A stretch of DNA of 64,000 bases from an uncultured Chloroflexia bacterium. Its GTDB lineage: Bacteria > Chloroflexota > Limnocylindria > Limnocylindrales > CSP1-4. Positions 10,050 to 20,073 of the stretch are shown piece after piece. Position numbers and translations under genes: made by a program. The notes under the pieces were generated by a model. The model had not been told where the DNA came from. It searched no databases and worked only from the letters and a program-made list of their open reading frames with translations. Within the stretch, counting starts at the first letter, position 1. Each line of letters opens with the position of its first letter. The stretch is taken from assembly GCA_963720715.1 (NCBI GenBank), contig CAVRGM010000002.1, forward strand, positions 129,871 through 193,870, read 5' to 3'.

Positions 10050-10499
10050 TCAGAGCTCAGCGTCGCCCCACAGACTCCAGCCCGGATCCGGAGCGGCTGA
10101 CGGTGCGGCCGGGACCAGGTCTTCGTCGGGCCCGGTCCGCTGCGGATCGGTCGGTCGTGCTGGACCGGCCCCACGCGGGCTGCCGTTTTCGACGTCGACG
10201 AATTCAAGCCGTCGAACAGGGGTTCGACCGGTCATCCTTGGTGGCGCCCCTGGGCTGGCGGTCGGCGACCCTGCGCTCGGTGTCTCGACCGCGACCCGAC
10301 GGGCCTCCCAGCAGGCGCGGATCTCATCCCCGTGGAGCGGTCGTCGCTGCCGGTCGAGACCGCAGTACCCAAGCTGGCCGGCGACCGAGTTGCGGAAGTT
10401 CTGGCAGGTCCCGCAGGCAGTACTGGAGCGGCGGCAGACCCAGCAGCGGGCCGTTTCCTGCTGCGGGGTCCCGCAGTGCGGGCAACGCCACATCGGCAT
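10050..10499 (-). CDS. Zinc-ribbon (multi CxxC) hypothetical protein
   Basis: The N-terminal 70 aa contains CPHCG, CWVC, CGTC and CG motifs. The C-terminal half is low complexity. Confidence 0.45.
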   Translation of the reverse strand: MPMWRCPHCGTPQQETARCWVCRRSSTACGTCQNFRNSVAGQLGYCGLDRQRRPLHGDEIRACWEARRVAVETPSAGSPTASPGAPPRMTGRTPVRRLEFVDVENGSPRGAGPARPTDPQRTGPDEDLVPAAPSAAPDPGWSLWGDAEL

Positions 10500-10537
10500 G
10501 CCCGGATGGTAGCTGCGACTCGCGTCGCTGTCGAATG

Positions 10538-11734
10538 CTAGCGAACGATCCGGATGACCGTGTAATCCTCGGTGGATCCGTACTCGTCCGAGGTGACCAG
10601 CACGGTCGCGCTGCCCTGCCCGAGCGTCGCGCCCTTGGGGATCGTGGTCTGGAACGTGGCTCGGCCATTGGCGCCCGTCTTGCCATCGATGGTCACGGTC
10701 GGGATGCCCGGCATGCTCAGGGTGAACGTGACATCCGCCCCGGCCAGGGCGCGACCATCGGGATCGGTGACGGTCGCGGTCAGGGTCACCGACTGCGGGA
10801 GCGCTGAGCGCCGGAACTGATAGGCCGAACTGGTCAGGTTCACGGCCAACTTGCCCGAACCGCGTCGGACCGTGAGGGTCGTTTCGCTCTCATTGCCGGC
10901 TGGGTCGGTGGCGCTGATGGCGATCTTGTTGATCCCGGTGCTCAGGACGAGATCGAGACTGAACGAGCCGTCCGTCGCGGCGGTGCCACCGACCGATGAA
11001 CCGCTGGCGGCGTTCTTGGCCAGCAGGGTCGAACGAGCCTGGGTCTTGCCCTTGATCCGGACGGTCTTGCCGTTGATGGTCGCACGGTCCTTGGGTGACG
11101 TGATCGTGATCTTGGGTGCCGACGCGTCGAGGACGTATCGAACCACGGCCGACGGCTCGGATTCGCCGCCGGGTCCATCGATGGTCGCGGAGAAATCGTT
11201 GATCCCCTTGGTGAGCTCGACCGGGATGACCGTCTGCCGACCGGCCGCGATGGGCGAATCCTGGATCGGGGTCGGATCCCCGTCGGGAAGGGTCAGGTAA
11301 AGCTTGATCCGAAGTTCCGGCTGGCCGTCGAGGCCGGGCGGCACCGTCACGATGAGATCGACCTTGTTCGAGTTCACATACGGCTCGGGTGGCTGCTCGA
11401 TGGATGGGGCGTCCGCGACGACCGCGACGCTCGGCGCCGGGGTCGGTGTCGATGTCACGTCGCCGACGAACCCGGTGATGGTCGAGCCGAGGGTGCCCAC
11501 CACGAAGCCGAGACCGTTGACCCCGACGTACAGGACGCCCACACCCAGCGCGGCGACGAGCGCGATGAAGCCCAGTCGGAGGATCAGGGGCATGCTTCTG
11601 CGTTCGATCGGGCGGTGGCGGGCCAGGCGCTGCGGACCCGGCGAACGAGGCTTCGCCTTGACCGGGGCGGGGCGGCCGCCTGATGGCGGGCGGGGCCGGA
11701 CATGCGTCTGGCGGGAGTCTCGCCGAGAGGTCAT
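10538..11734 (-). CDS. Membrane-anchored surface protein with tandem bacterial Ig-like domains
   Basis: Arg-rich cytoplasmic N-terminus followed by a TM segment (ILRLGFIALVAALGVGVLYV) and three Ig-like beta-rich repeats. The start is ambiguous (ATG at 11734 or 11593). Confidence 0.7.
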   Translation of the reverse strand: MTSRRDSRQTHVRPRPPSGGRPAPVKAKPRSPGPQRLARHRPIERRSMPLILRLGFIALVAALGVGVLYVGVNGLGFVVGTLGSTITGFVGDVTSTPTPAPSVAVVADAPSIEQPPEPYVNSNKVDLIVTVPPGLDGQPELRIKLYLTLPDGDPTPIQDSPIAAGRQTVIPVELTKGINDFSATIDGPGGESEPSAVVRYVLDASAPKITITSPKDRATINGKTVRIKGKTQARSTLLAKNAASGSSVGGTAATDGSFSLDLVLSTGINKIAISATDPAGNESETTLTVRRGSGKLAVNLTSSAYQFRRSALPQSVTLTATVTDPDGRALAGADVTFTLSMPGIPTVTIDGKTGANGRATFQTTIPKGATLGQGSATVLVTSDEYGSTEDYTVIRIVR

Positions 11735-11998
11735 CGGGGAGGATTGTCGCACGCGGACCCCGGGACGGTCGGTGACTGCCCAGCCGGAGGTGTGCGGTGC
11801 GTTGTACTCTGGCCGGGTCGCGCGCGTGGCGGATCCGTCGCGCTCGCCTCGAACACGAGGGATGGAGTGCAGGCTCGCGATCCAAGAACCGGTCGACCGT
11901 CGCCAAAGCCCACCGGCCGGCCGGAGTTCGGGGTCGGACCGATCGCCCGGGTCTCGCCGTCGCCGCTGGCGGCCGCGACCGGCGCCGGTCCGTCCACG

Positions 11999-12262
11999 AT
12001 GCCGAATGGCCCACGATCGGGCTTCGGCCTGCCCAATCTGCGCCGCAACGTCTGCCCCCACTTCTACATGACCGGATCGCGTGGCGCCATCCCGATCCAG
12101 GCTCCGCATCTACTCAAGGCGCTGATCCGTCAGGACGCCAATACCTCGCGCTGTCAGCTGCGCGGTGGGGTCCACATGGAACAGGGCTACGTCAACGACG
12201 TGTGCCTGACGCCGCGGTTCAATCAATGCGTCTTCTACGAGGACGAGCTGACTCGCGAGTGA
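11999..12262 (+). CDS. Small Cys-rich hypothetical protein (87 aa), translationally coupled to folC
   Basis: ATG at 11999. Four Cys residues (CPHF, CQLRGG, CLTPRFNQC). The stop TGA overlaps the folC GTG start (GTGA). Confidence 0.3.
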   Translation: MPNGPRSGFGLPNLRRNVCPHFYMTGSRGAIPIQAPHLLKALIRQDANTSRCQLRGGVHMEQGYVNDVCLTPRFNQCVFYEDELTRE

Positions 12263-13590
12263 CGCTGACCTATCGACAGGCGCTCGACGCACTCGAGGTC
12301 CGCGGCCAATTCGGTGTCCGCCTCGGCCTGGGCCGCACGCGCGCCCTGCTCCGCGAACTCGGCCACCCCGAGCAGGCGGTTCGGGGCGCCCTGGTCGGGG
12401 GCACCAACGGCAAGGGCAGCGTCCTGGCCCTCGCCGGCGCCGCGCTCCAGGCCGCGGGCTACGTGGTTGCCACGACACCGAAACCGCACCTGGTCACCTA
12501 CCGCGAACGGATCCAGATCGACGGCCGACCGATCGATCCGAGCGACTTCGCCCGGTTGGTCGAACAGGTGACGATGGTGGCCGACCGCCTCGCTCCACGC
12601 CATGGCCAGCCGACAGAATTCGAGCTGTTGACCGCTGTCGTCTTCGCCCAATTCGCAGAAGTCGGTCCGGATCTCGCGCTCGTCGAGGTCGGACTGGGCG
12701 GGCGGCTGGATGCGACCCACGCCTGGGACGGCGGAGTGGCCGTCATCACCAACGTCGATCTCGATCACATGGATCGACTGGGCGACACGATCACCAAGAT
12801 CGCTCGTGAGAAAGCGGCCATCATCGAGCGCGGCGATCTGGCCGTGACCGGCGCGACCGGTGACGGGCTTGCGGTCATCCGGCGGCGTGCCCGGCGGATG
12901 GGTACCGAACTCCGCGAGGTCACCGCGCCAACCCTGCTCACCTGGGATCGCGATGGCATCGATGTCGACCTGCCCCGTCTGGGTCGGACCCGGGTCGGCC
13001 TACGCGGCCGCCATCAGGCGGTCAATGCGGCCGTCGCCGATGCCACGCTCGACGCGCTCGAAGCGGCTGGCATCGCCGTCGTCGGCGACCCGGCACGCCG
13101 GGCGGGATATGCGTCGGCGGTCTGGCCGGGCCGGCTGGAACTCCTGGTCGTCAATGGTCGGGACGTGCTCCTCGACGGTGCTCACAACCCGGCAGGGGCG
13201 GCCGCCCTGGCCGAAGCGCTCGATGATCTTCGGCCATTCCTGACCGACGGCCCGCTGAGCGTGGTCACCGCCGCGATGGGTGACAAGGATGTCGATGGGG
13301 TCATCGCTGCCCTCATGCGTGCCTCATCGATGTCGGCGGCGACGATCATCGCCACGAGCCTCGACCTGCCCCGGGCCATGGCGGCAACCGACCTTGGCGC
13401 CCGCTGGTCGTCGGCTGGGGCGACGGTCCAGGTCGAGGCCGATCCGATCGCGGCCATCGATCGCGCTGTGGCGCGGCCGGGGCCGACCGTCATCGCCGGT
13501 TCGCTCTATCTTGTCGGGGTGGCTCGGGGCTGGCTGCTGGACGATCCGACCCTGCGCGACCCGGAGCCCGCCCCCACCGAGGACCGATGA
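12259..13590 (+). CDS. folC: Bifunctional folylpolyglutamate synthase / dihydrofolate synthase
   Basis: GTG at 12259 (alternative ATG at 12226). Mur-ligase P-loop VGGTNGKGS, and DGAHNPAGAAAL. Confidence 0.85.
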   Translation: MTLTYRQALDALEVRGQFGVRLGLGRTRALLRELGHPEQAVRGALVGGTNGKGSVLALAGAALQAAGYVVATTPKPHLVTYRERIQIDGRPIDPSDFARLVEQVTMVADRLAPRHGQPTEFELLTAVVFAQFAEVGPDLALVEVGLGGRLDATHAWDGGVAVITNVDLDHMDRLGDTITKIAREKAAIIERGDLAVTGATGDGLAVIRRRARRMGTELREVTAPTLLTWDRDGIDVDLPRLGRTRVGLRGRHQAVNAAVADATLDALEAAGIAVVGDPARRAGYASAVWPGRLELLVVNGRDVLLDGAHNPAGAAALAEALDDLRPFLTDGPLSVVTAAMGDKDVDGVIAALMRASSMSAATIIATSLDLPRAMAATDLGARWSSAGATVQVEADPIAAIDRAVARPGPTVIAGSLYLVGVARGWLLDDPTLRDPEPAPTEDR

Positions 13591-14459
13591 TCCCGTCGAT
13601 CAGCCCGACCGCCGTGCTCAGCCCGACCCGGATCGGGCCGACCATGGTCCGGTGGGGTGAACGCACGTATGTGATGGGGATCATCAACGTCACCCCCGAC
13701 TCGTTCTCGGGCGACGGCCTCCTGGAGGGCTCGCCGGATCCCGTCGAGGCGGCCGTGGCCCAGGGCCGGCAGATGGTCGCCGACGGCGCCGACGTCCTCG
13801 ACATCGGGGGCGAATCGACCCGGCCCGGCCACGAGCCGGTCGACGCGGCCACCGAGCGAGGGCGCGTGGTCCCGGTCGTCGGCGCGTTACGCGCGGCGCT
13901 TCCCGGAACGCCGATCAGTATCGATACGACGAAGCCGACCGTGGCCGAAGCCGCCCTCGCCGCTGGTGCCGACCTGGTCAACGACGTATGGGCGGTCGGT
14001 GCCGACGATGCCCTGGCCAGGCTGTCGGCAGAACACGGTGTCCCCTTGGTGCTCATGCACAACCGTGCCGAGCCGACCTATTCCAACCTGCTGGCCGAGG
14101 TCATCGCCGACCTGGAGCGAGCCATCGAGCGGGCGCTGCGACTGGGCGTCGCCTGGGACGACCTCATCGTCGACCCCGGCTTCGGGTTCGGGAAGACGCC
14201 AGACCAGAACCTCCGGCTGCTGCACGATCTGGGCTCGTTGCGGATGCTCGGTCGGCCGCTCCTGCTCGGGACGAGCCGCAAGTCGACGCTCGGCCGGATC
14301 CTGGACCTGCCCGCCACCGAGCGCCTCGAGGCCACCCTCGCGACGACGGCGCTGGGTATCGCGGCCGGGGTCGATATCGTCCGGGTCCACGACGTCCGGG
14401 AAAACGTTCGAGTGGCTCGGGTCAGCGACGCGATCGTCCGTGGGTCGCCGATCCCATGA
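13587..14459 (+). CDS. folP: Dihydropteroate synthase
   Basis: Motifs MGIINVTPDSFSGDG, DIGGESTRPG and GTSRKS. The ATGA overlap couples it to folC. Confidence 0.9.
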   Translation: MIPSISPTAVLSPTRIGPTMVRWGERTYVMGIINVTPDSFSGDGLLEGSPDPVEAAVAQGRQMVADGADVLDIGGESTRPGHEPVDAATERGRVVPVVGALRAALPGTPISIDTTKPTVAEAALAAGADLVNDVWAVGADDALARLSAEHGVPLVLMHNRAEPTYSNLLAEVIADLERAIERALRLGVAWDDLIVDPGFGFGKTPDQNLRLLHDLGSLRMLGRPLLLGTSRKSTLGRILDLPATERLEATLATTALGIAAGVDIVRVHDVRENVRVARVSDAIVRGSPIP

Positions 14460-14833
14460 CCGACCGGATCATCCTTGCCAACATGCGTTTCGAGGGCCGC
14501 CACGGCTACTTCGAGGAAGAGCGGCTGACGCCGCAGCCATTCGAGGTCGACCTCGAACTCGTCCTCGATCTCGCACCGGCCGGGACGACTGACGACCTCG
14601 ACCGATCGATCGACTACGCCAGGGTCTACGAAGCGGTCCGTGAGATCGTCGAGTCGACAACGTTCCGATTGCTCGAAGCGATCGCCGAGTCGATCGGCCA
14701 GGCGGTCCTGGCCGATCGTCGCGTGGCGGAGGTCGTGATCCGGGTCCGGAAACCCGCCGTCCAGCTGAGCGGCCCACTCGACTATGCCGGGGTCGAGATC
14801 ACCCGTTCGCGCGGTGGGCTCGACCCGGGCTGA
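14456..14833 (+). CDS. folB: Dihydroneopterin aldolase
   Basis: ATG at 14456 forms an ATGA overlap with the folP stop. The IILANMRFEGRHGYFEEERLTPQPFEVDLEL region matches the FolB fold. Confidence 0.85.
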   Translation: MTDRIILANMRFEGRHGYFEEERLTPQPFEVDLELVLDLAPAGTTDDLDRSIDYARVYEAVREIVESTTFRLLEAIAESIGQAVLADRRVAEVVIRVRKPAVQLSGPLDYAGVEITRSRGGLDPG

Positions 14834-14839
14834 GCCTGC

Positions 14840-16576
14840 TCAGGGAGCGAGCGTTGGTGTCGGCGTCGGCGTCGGCGCTTCAGTCGGGGTCGGCGTCGGG
14901 GTCGGGGTCGGCGGGGCCGTCGGCGTGGGGGTCGGGGCAGGTGTCGGGGTCGGCTCCGGAGTAGGCGTGGGCGACGGTGTCGGGCTCGGTGTCGGCGTCG
15001 GGGTCGGCGTCGGCTCTGGCCCCTTGGACACCACGTAGTCGATGGGTGTGCCGGTAGCGACCACGATCCCGGCCGATGGATTCTGGGCGGCGACCTGACC
15101 GGCCGGCACGAGTGGATCGAAGGCCTCCGTCCGCTGGCCGACCCGCAGGTTGGCATCGGAGATGGCCTGGAGTGCCGCGCTGTCATCAAGGAACTTGAGA
15201 TCGGGGACCGGGACCGTCCCCGGTCCGGACGCCACGGTCACCTTGATCGGTGTGCCCTTGTCGACCTGCGTGTCAGGCGCCGGATCCTGACTGAGGATCG
15301 TGCCATCGGGCTGGTCCGAGGAGGCCGTCGCGGTCGGATCGAGCGTCAGACCGAGGGCGACCGCCTGTTGGCTGGCCGCCTGCGACGTCATGCCCACGAA
15401 GTTCGGGACCGAAACCTGCTCGACCCGCGCCGACCCGCCGCCCGATGCCAGCTGGAAGACGAAGAAGGCGATGACCGCCAGCAAGGCGATCGCCACGGCA
15501 CCGGCGATCCAGACCAGCGGACTGGTCGTGGCCGTCTGATCGTACCCTGGTGGCGGGGGAGTGGCGCCGGCTGTGGTCTGGTCGCCGTCGGCGCCGACGT
15601 AGGCATCGGCCGCGTACGGGATCGCACCGGCGTTCGGCCGCGCTGTCGCGGAGACGACCGTGGCGCCGACCGCGGCTGCGCCGACCGCGGCTGCTCCGGC
15701 CGCAGCGGGAGCACTGGCCGCCAGGCTTGCGTCCAGGGCATCGGCGAATATGGTCGCCGACGACCAACGATCCTGGGGGTCGAGCGCCAGCGCCCGCCGG
15801 GTGATGGCGGCCAGGTCAGGCGGGACCGTCGGACGCACGGCGAGTGGATCGGGGATCGGTCCGGATAGCCGGGCGAGCGCGACAGATGCCGCGCTGTCAC
15901 CCTCCCAGGGGCGCACACCGGTCAGCATCTCGTACAGGACGATGCCCAGGCTGTAGATATCGGACGAGGCAGTGGCCGGTTCGCCGCGGGCCTGTTCCGG
16001 GCTGAAGTAGTGGACCGAACCAAGCGTCATCCCGGGCAGCGTCACCTGGGCCTCGGAGATCGCCCGGGCGATCCCGAAGTCGGCGACCTTGACCTGGCCA
16101 TCGGCGCCGATCAGCACGTTGCCGGGCTTGATGTCGCGATGGACGATCCCGCCGGCGTGGGCGGCGCTGAGCGCCCGAGCGACAGATGAAGCGATCCGGG
16201 TCGATTGCCGAGCGGGCAAGGCTCCGCTTCGACGGAGGATGGAGGCCAGATCCTCACCGTCGACCAGCTCCATGGCGATGAACGGGCCGCTTGGATCCTC
16301 GCCATAGTCGTAGACGGTCACGATGTTCGGATGGGACAGCGAGGCCGCTGCCTGGGCCTCCTGGCGGAACCGAGCCGAGAAGTCCGGGTCGCGGAGGTAT
16401 TCGGGCCGGAGCAGCTTGAGCGCGACGTCACGGCCCAGACCGGTGTCGGTCGCCCGGTAGATGGTCGCCATCCCGCCCGTGCCGAGCAGCTCGATCAGCC
16501 GGTACCTGCCGCCAAGAGTCTGCCCGATCTCCGCCAAATTCACGCTCCTCGATCGCCGACCGTGGTGATCCGACAC
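14840..16576 (-). CDS. Ser/Thr protein kinase, PknB-like: kinase domain, TM segment, two PASTA domains, Pro/Thr-rich tail
   Basis: [10 protein letters not shown] and DFGIA motifs. A TM segment is followed by two PASTA repeats. The C-terminus is (TP)n. Confidence 0.9.
   Translation of the reverse strand: MSDHHGRRSRSVNLAEIGQTLGGRYRLIELLGTGGMATIYRATDTGLGRDVALKLLRPEYLRDPDFSARFRQEAQAAASLSHPNIVTVYDYGEDPSGPFIAMELVDGEDLASILRRSGALPARQSTRIASSVARALSAAHAGGIVHRDIKPGNVLIGADGQVKVADFGIARAISEAQVTLPGMTLGSVHYFSPEQARGEPATASSDIYSLGIVLYEMLTGVRPWEGDSAASVALARLSGPIPDPLAVRPTVPPDLAAITRRALALDPQDRWSSATIFADALDASLAASAPAAAGAAAVGAAAVGATVVSATARPNAGAIPYAADAYVGADGDQTTAGATPPPPGYDQTATTSPLVWIAGAVAIALLAVIAFFVFQLASGGGSARVEQVSVPNFVGMTSQAASQQAVALGLTLDPTATASSDQPDGTILSQDPAPDTQVDKGTPIKVTVASGPGTVPVPDLKFLDDSAALQAISDANLRVGQRTEAFDPLVPAGQVAAQNPSAGIVVATGTPIDYVVSKGPEPTPTPTPTPSPTPSPTPTPEPTPTPAPTPTPTAPPTPTPTPTPTEAPTPTPTPTLAP
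14846..15010. repeat. Imperfect tandem hexanucleotide repeat (GGCGTCGGGGTC-like) encoding the PT-rich tail of the kinase
   Basis: Repeated ggcgtcgg and ggggtcgg units are directly visible. They encode [11 protein letters not shown]. Confidence 0.7.
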
Positions 16577-16616
16577 GGTCGGCCACGGCCCGCATCGTAC
16601 CGCACGGGTCCCGGGC

Positions 16617-17495
16617 TCAGAGCTGCAGCTCCTGGAGATATGCCCGGAATTCGGCTCCGAGGTCCACCCGGCCGAGGGCGATCTCGACCGAGGCCTTCAG
16701 CCAGCCCATCGTCGTGCCGGCGTCGTAGCGAGTGCCCTCGAATTCGTAGCCGAAGACCTCCTGCTCCTCCATCAGGGCGGCGATCGCATCGGTCAGCTGG
16801 ATCTCGCCTCCTGCGCCACCCTGGGTCTGCTCGAGCTTGTCGAAGATCTTGGGAGTCAGGACGTAGCGGCCGATGACCGCGAGGTTTGACGGCGCGGTGC
16901 CCATCTCGGGCTTCTCCACGACCCGGGTGACCCGGTGGAGTCGTCCGTGGTCGAGCGGGTCCTCCGATAGCTCCGAATCGATGATGCCGTACCGGCTCAC
17001 CTCGGTGGGCGGGACCTCCATGACGGCCACGACCGACCCGTGGGTCTGCTGGTAGGCATGGATCAGCTGGCCGATGCAGGGCCGGTCGGCGATGACCACG
17101 TCATCGGGCAGGATGACCGCGAATGGCTCGTGGCCGATGAGATCCTTGGCCATCAGCACCGCGTGGCCAAGCCCGAGTTGTTCCTTCTGGCGAACGTAGG
17201 CGACCTGGGCCAGGTCGCTGATCGCCCGGACCTGCCGGAGCATCTCGATGTCGCCCTTTTCCTCGAGCAGGTGCTCGAGTTCATAGGACAGGTCGAAGTG
17301 GTCCTCGATGGCCCGTTTCTGGCTGGACGTGACGATGATGACCTGCTCGATGCCGGCCGCGACCGCCTCTTCGACCGCGTACTGGATGATCGGCTTGTCG
17401 ACGAGCGGGAGCATCTCCTTTGGCTGGGCCTTGGTGGCGGGCAGGAAGCGGGTTCCCCAGCCCGCGGCAGGGAAGACAGCTTTTCGGACGCGCAT
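16617..17495 (-). CDS. galU: UTP--glucose-1-phosphate uridylyltransferase
   Basis: N-terminal [34 protein letters not shown]. Confidence 0.9.
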   Translation of the reverse strand: MRVRKAVFPAAGWGTRFLPATKAQPKEMLPLVDKPIIQYAVEEAVAAGIEQVIIVTSSQKRAIEDHFDLSYELEHLLEEKGDIEMLRQVRAISDLAQVAYVRQKEQLGLGHAVLMAKDLIGHEPFAVILPDDVVIADRPCIGQLIHAYQQTHGSVVAVMEVPPTEVSRYGIIDSELSEDPLDHGRLHRVTRVVEKPEMGTAPSNLAVIGRYVLTPKIFDKLEQTQGGAGGEIQLTDAIAALMEEQEVFGYEFEGTRYDAGTTMGWLKASVEIALGRVDLGAEFRAYLQELQL

Positions 17496-17835
17496 CGAAC
17501 CTCAACGTGACCGGGCTTGGGCGGTCGGGCCAGTATACCGGGGCGTCCGAGGCGGGCCGGCCGAGCGGCGCCACACACTTCCACCCGTCACCCGACCCGT
17601 GGCCAGGACGAACTGGCGCAACTCTCATCCACGGACCGCTATGTCAGATCCCTGGCCTCCGAAACGGCCTCCAAACGGCCGCTACCGGGGTCCGACCGGT
17701 CACTCCCACGCTCGGATCATCGCTCGCTGGCCCGTCCGGACGACTCGGCACGCCTCCATGGCCCAGGGCATATGTCTTACCGGTCTGTGCATGGAAGTTG
17801 CGCCACATCGTCGCCCGTTCGGACCGGGGCAACCT

Positions 17836-18543
17836 TCAGGACACGGATCGGGCGAACCGGCGGACCGCCTCGTTGAACGCGGCCGGGCGGTCGAGGTTGG
17901 CCAGATGGGATGCTCCGGCGATGCGGACCCGGCGGGCGTCTGCGGCAGCGCTCGCGAATGCACGAGAACCTGGCCGGAAGACGAAGTCGAATTCGCCGTT
18001 CACGATCAGGCTGGGGCCCGGATAGGCGGCCAGCCTCGGGGTGAACAATTCGCCGGCGATGGCCCGCAGGGCCGTGGCGCCGGCCCCCGTCCAGAACCCG
18101 CCCGCGATGATCGGGTCGGCCAGGGCCGGCGGGTACCGGCGCCGGAAGAAGTGAGCCTGCAGCGCGTCCAGCCGCGACCCGGCGGCGAGATCCATCGAAC
18201 CCGCGAGGGCGCGCACCGGGACCGCCCGCCAGCCGACAGGCTCGGCCGTGGCCCCGGATACGATCAGACCCTGGACATGAGCCGGTGCCGCGGCGGCGAG
18301 GGCCATGGCGATGTAGCCGCCCAGCGACAGACCGACGACGACGGCCCGGCGAGCCACCGTGTCATCGATCGCCTCGGCCACGACCTCGACCGCGCGATCC
18401 AGGCTGAACGGTTCGTGCGACCGTGCGCCATGCCCGGGCAGGTCGATCGCGATGGCCTCGAATTCCTCGCCCAGGCCGGACAGCTGCGGGGTCCACATCG
18501 ATCCGGTCAATCGCGTGCCGTGGACGAACACGATGGCGGTCAT
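17836..18543 (-). CDS. Alpha/beta-fold hydrolase
   Basis: ATG at 18543 (internal to ORF 17836..19089). HG box VFVHG and nucleophile elbow GLSLGG. Confidence 0.75.
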   Translation of the reverse strand: MTAIVFVHGTRLTGSMWTPQLSGLGEEFEAIAIDLPGHGARSHEPFSLDRAVEVVAEAIDDTVARRAVVVGLSLGGYIAMALAAAAPAHVQGLIVSGATAEPVGWRAVPVRALAGSMDLAAGSRLDALQAHFFRRRYPPALADPIIAGGFWTGAGATALRAIAGELFTPRLAAYPGPSLIVNGEFDFVFRPGSRAFASAAADARRVRIAGASHLANLDRPAAFNEAVRRFARSVS

Positions 18544-18556
18544 CGCCGGATCCCGA

Positions 18557-19027
18557 TCAGCCCTCGCCGCGGCGAGCTCGTTGGATCTGGGCAGCGTGAT
18601 CGTGGCCGTGTGAGGCGTAGATGCGCAACCAATCCGCGACGGCATACGGGCCAGACTCGGTGTGGCTGCCGGCCCGCTCCCATTCATCGGGCCGCAGGGA
18701 CCGGAGGAGCTGGAGGCTGCCGGCCCTGACCGCGTGCAGGACGGCCACGGACGAGGCGATGGGGCGGTCGTAGTGAAGCCGGCGTGCCCACTCAGGTTCG
18801 TCGTATCCGGCGATGACCGGCGCGTCCTCGGCGATGAGCCGGCGGAGCCGGATGAAGGCCATCGCCTCGGAGTCGGCGAGGTGATGGACGATCTGTCGCG
18901 CCGTCCATCCGCCCGAAACCGGCTGCCGGTCGAGGTCGGCGTCGGTCGCGCCCTGGAGTGCACGATCGACGGCATCGGCGCCGTCCGCGAACCGGTCAAG
19001 CAACGCCGATCGCTCGCTGTCATCCAT
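18557..19027 (-). CDS. DinB/YfiT-like (DinB_2) four-helix-bundle metal-dependent protein
   Basis: WTARQIVHHLADSE...HGHDHAAQI His-triad pattern. Confidence 0.65.
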   Translation of the reverse strand: MDDSERSALLDRFADGADAVDRALQGATDADLDRQPVSGGWTARQIVHHLADSEAMAFIRLRRLIAEDAPVIAGYDEPEWARRLHYDRPIASSVAVLHAVRAGSLQLLRSLRPDEWERAGSHTESGPYAVADWLRIYASHGHDHAAQIQRARRGEG

Positions 19028-19069
19028 GGTCTGGGTCCTCCTCGTTCGACTTCGTGATCCTGCAGCTCG

Positions 19070-20035
19070 TCATGTTGCCGCACCCACATCGGCCTCGATC
19101 GCCGGTGCGACGACGATCCGTCCGTCTCCGGCCGCGCTGCGCTGCAGGATCACGGCCGCGGCCAGGATCGCCAGACCGCCGACGGCCTGGATCGGCGACA
19201 GCCGTTCGCCCAGCAGCACGGCCGCAAGGGCGACGCCGACGACGGGCTCGAACAGCATGAGGATGCCAGCCTGGGTCCCACCGATGAGCCGGATCCCGGA
19301 CAGGAACAGGATCGACGGGATGGCCGCTGCGAACAGGCCGGTGAACAGCAGGAGCGGCAGGACCGCGGGGTCGGCCAGCGGGTAGACGAGCGCAGCCACG
19401 GAGTCGGTCAGCAGCGCGAGCACGACGCTCAACGCGACCGTCGTGGCCAGCACCGCTGCCATCGCCTGGGCCGCCGGCACCGCGGCATATCCGGTCCGGC
19501 TGACGACCATGAAGACCGCCTGCCAGACGGCGGCGCCGAGGGCCAATCCGAGGCCGAGGGCGTCGACCCGGATCCCCGACGCCGGATCGAGCTGCGACGC
19601 GACGACCGCGACCATCCCGGCGACGGCCAGCATCAGGGCGATGCGGCGAGACCGATCGAGCGACTCGCGGCCCGACGCGACGTTCACCGCGGCCACGATG
19701 ACCGGGTAGGTATAGAACCCGAGGAGGGCCAGCGCGACCGTGACCAGATCGAACGCCACGAACATGAACAGGTTGAGCCCGAACCCGGATACGGCGGCGA
19801 TCGCAAGGCTGATCCGAGCCCCACGGTCGAGGTCGGCGAGCCTGGTCCAGTGCTCGCGGCCACGGTTGATCCGCCAGGCGATGAAGACGAGGGTCGCGAC
19901 CAGGCCGATGGCGCCACGCCAGGCGACGAACGGCAACGGCTCCATCCCGGCTTCATACGCGAAACGGGACAGCGGACCGAGCATCCCGAACATGGATGCC
20001 GCGACGATGACGATGGCGAACCCGGCGCGATGCAT
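19070..20035 (-). CDS. DMT-superfamily (EamA-like) transporter
   Basis: ATG at 20035 (M84 of ORF 19070..20284). Ten predicted TM helices with a duplicated EamA-like architecture. Confidence 0.75.
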   Translation of the reverse strand: MHRAGFAIVIVAASMFGMLGPLSRFAYEAGMEPLPFVAWRGAIGLVATLVFIAWRINRGREHWTRLADLDRGARISLAIAAVSGFGLNLFMFVAFDLVTVALALLGFYTYPVIVAAVNVASGRESLDRSRRIALMLAVAGMVAVVASQLDPASGIRVDALGLGLALGAAVWQAVFMVVSRTGYAAVPAAQAMAAVLATTVALSVVLALLTDSVAALVYPLADPAVLPLLLFTGLFAAAIPSILFLSGIRLIGGTQAGILMLFEPVVGVALAAVLLGERLSPIQAVGGLAILAAAVILQRSAAGDGRIVVAPAIEADVGAAT

Positions 20036-20073
20036 GTCGCCGCATCGTAGGGCCGATCGAAGCGTCGTGCGGT

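Noticed and set aside
17308-18729. 473-aa plus-strand ORF overlapping the alpha/beta-hydrolase and DinB-like genes
   Set aside because: Antisense. Arg/Gly-rich low-complexity sequence. The minus-strand genes carry real motifs (HG box, GxSxG).
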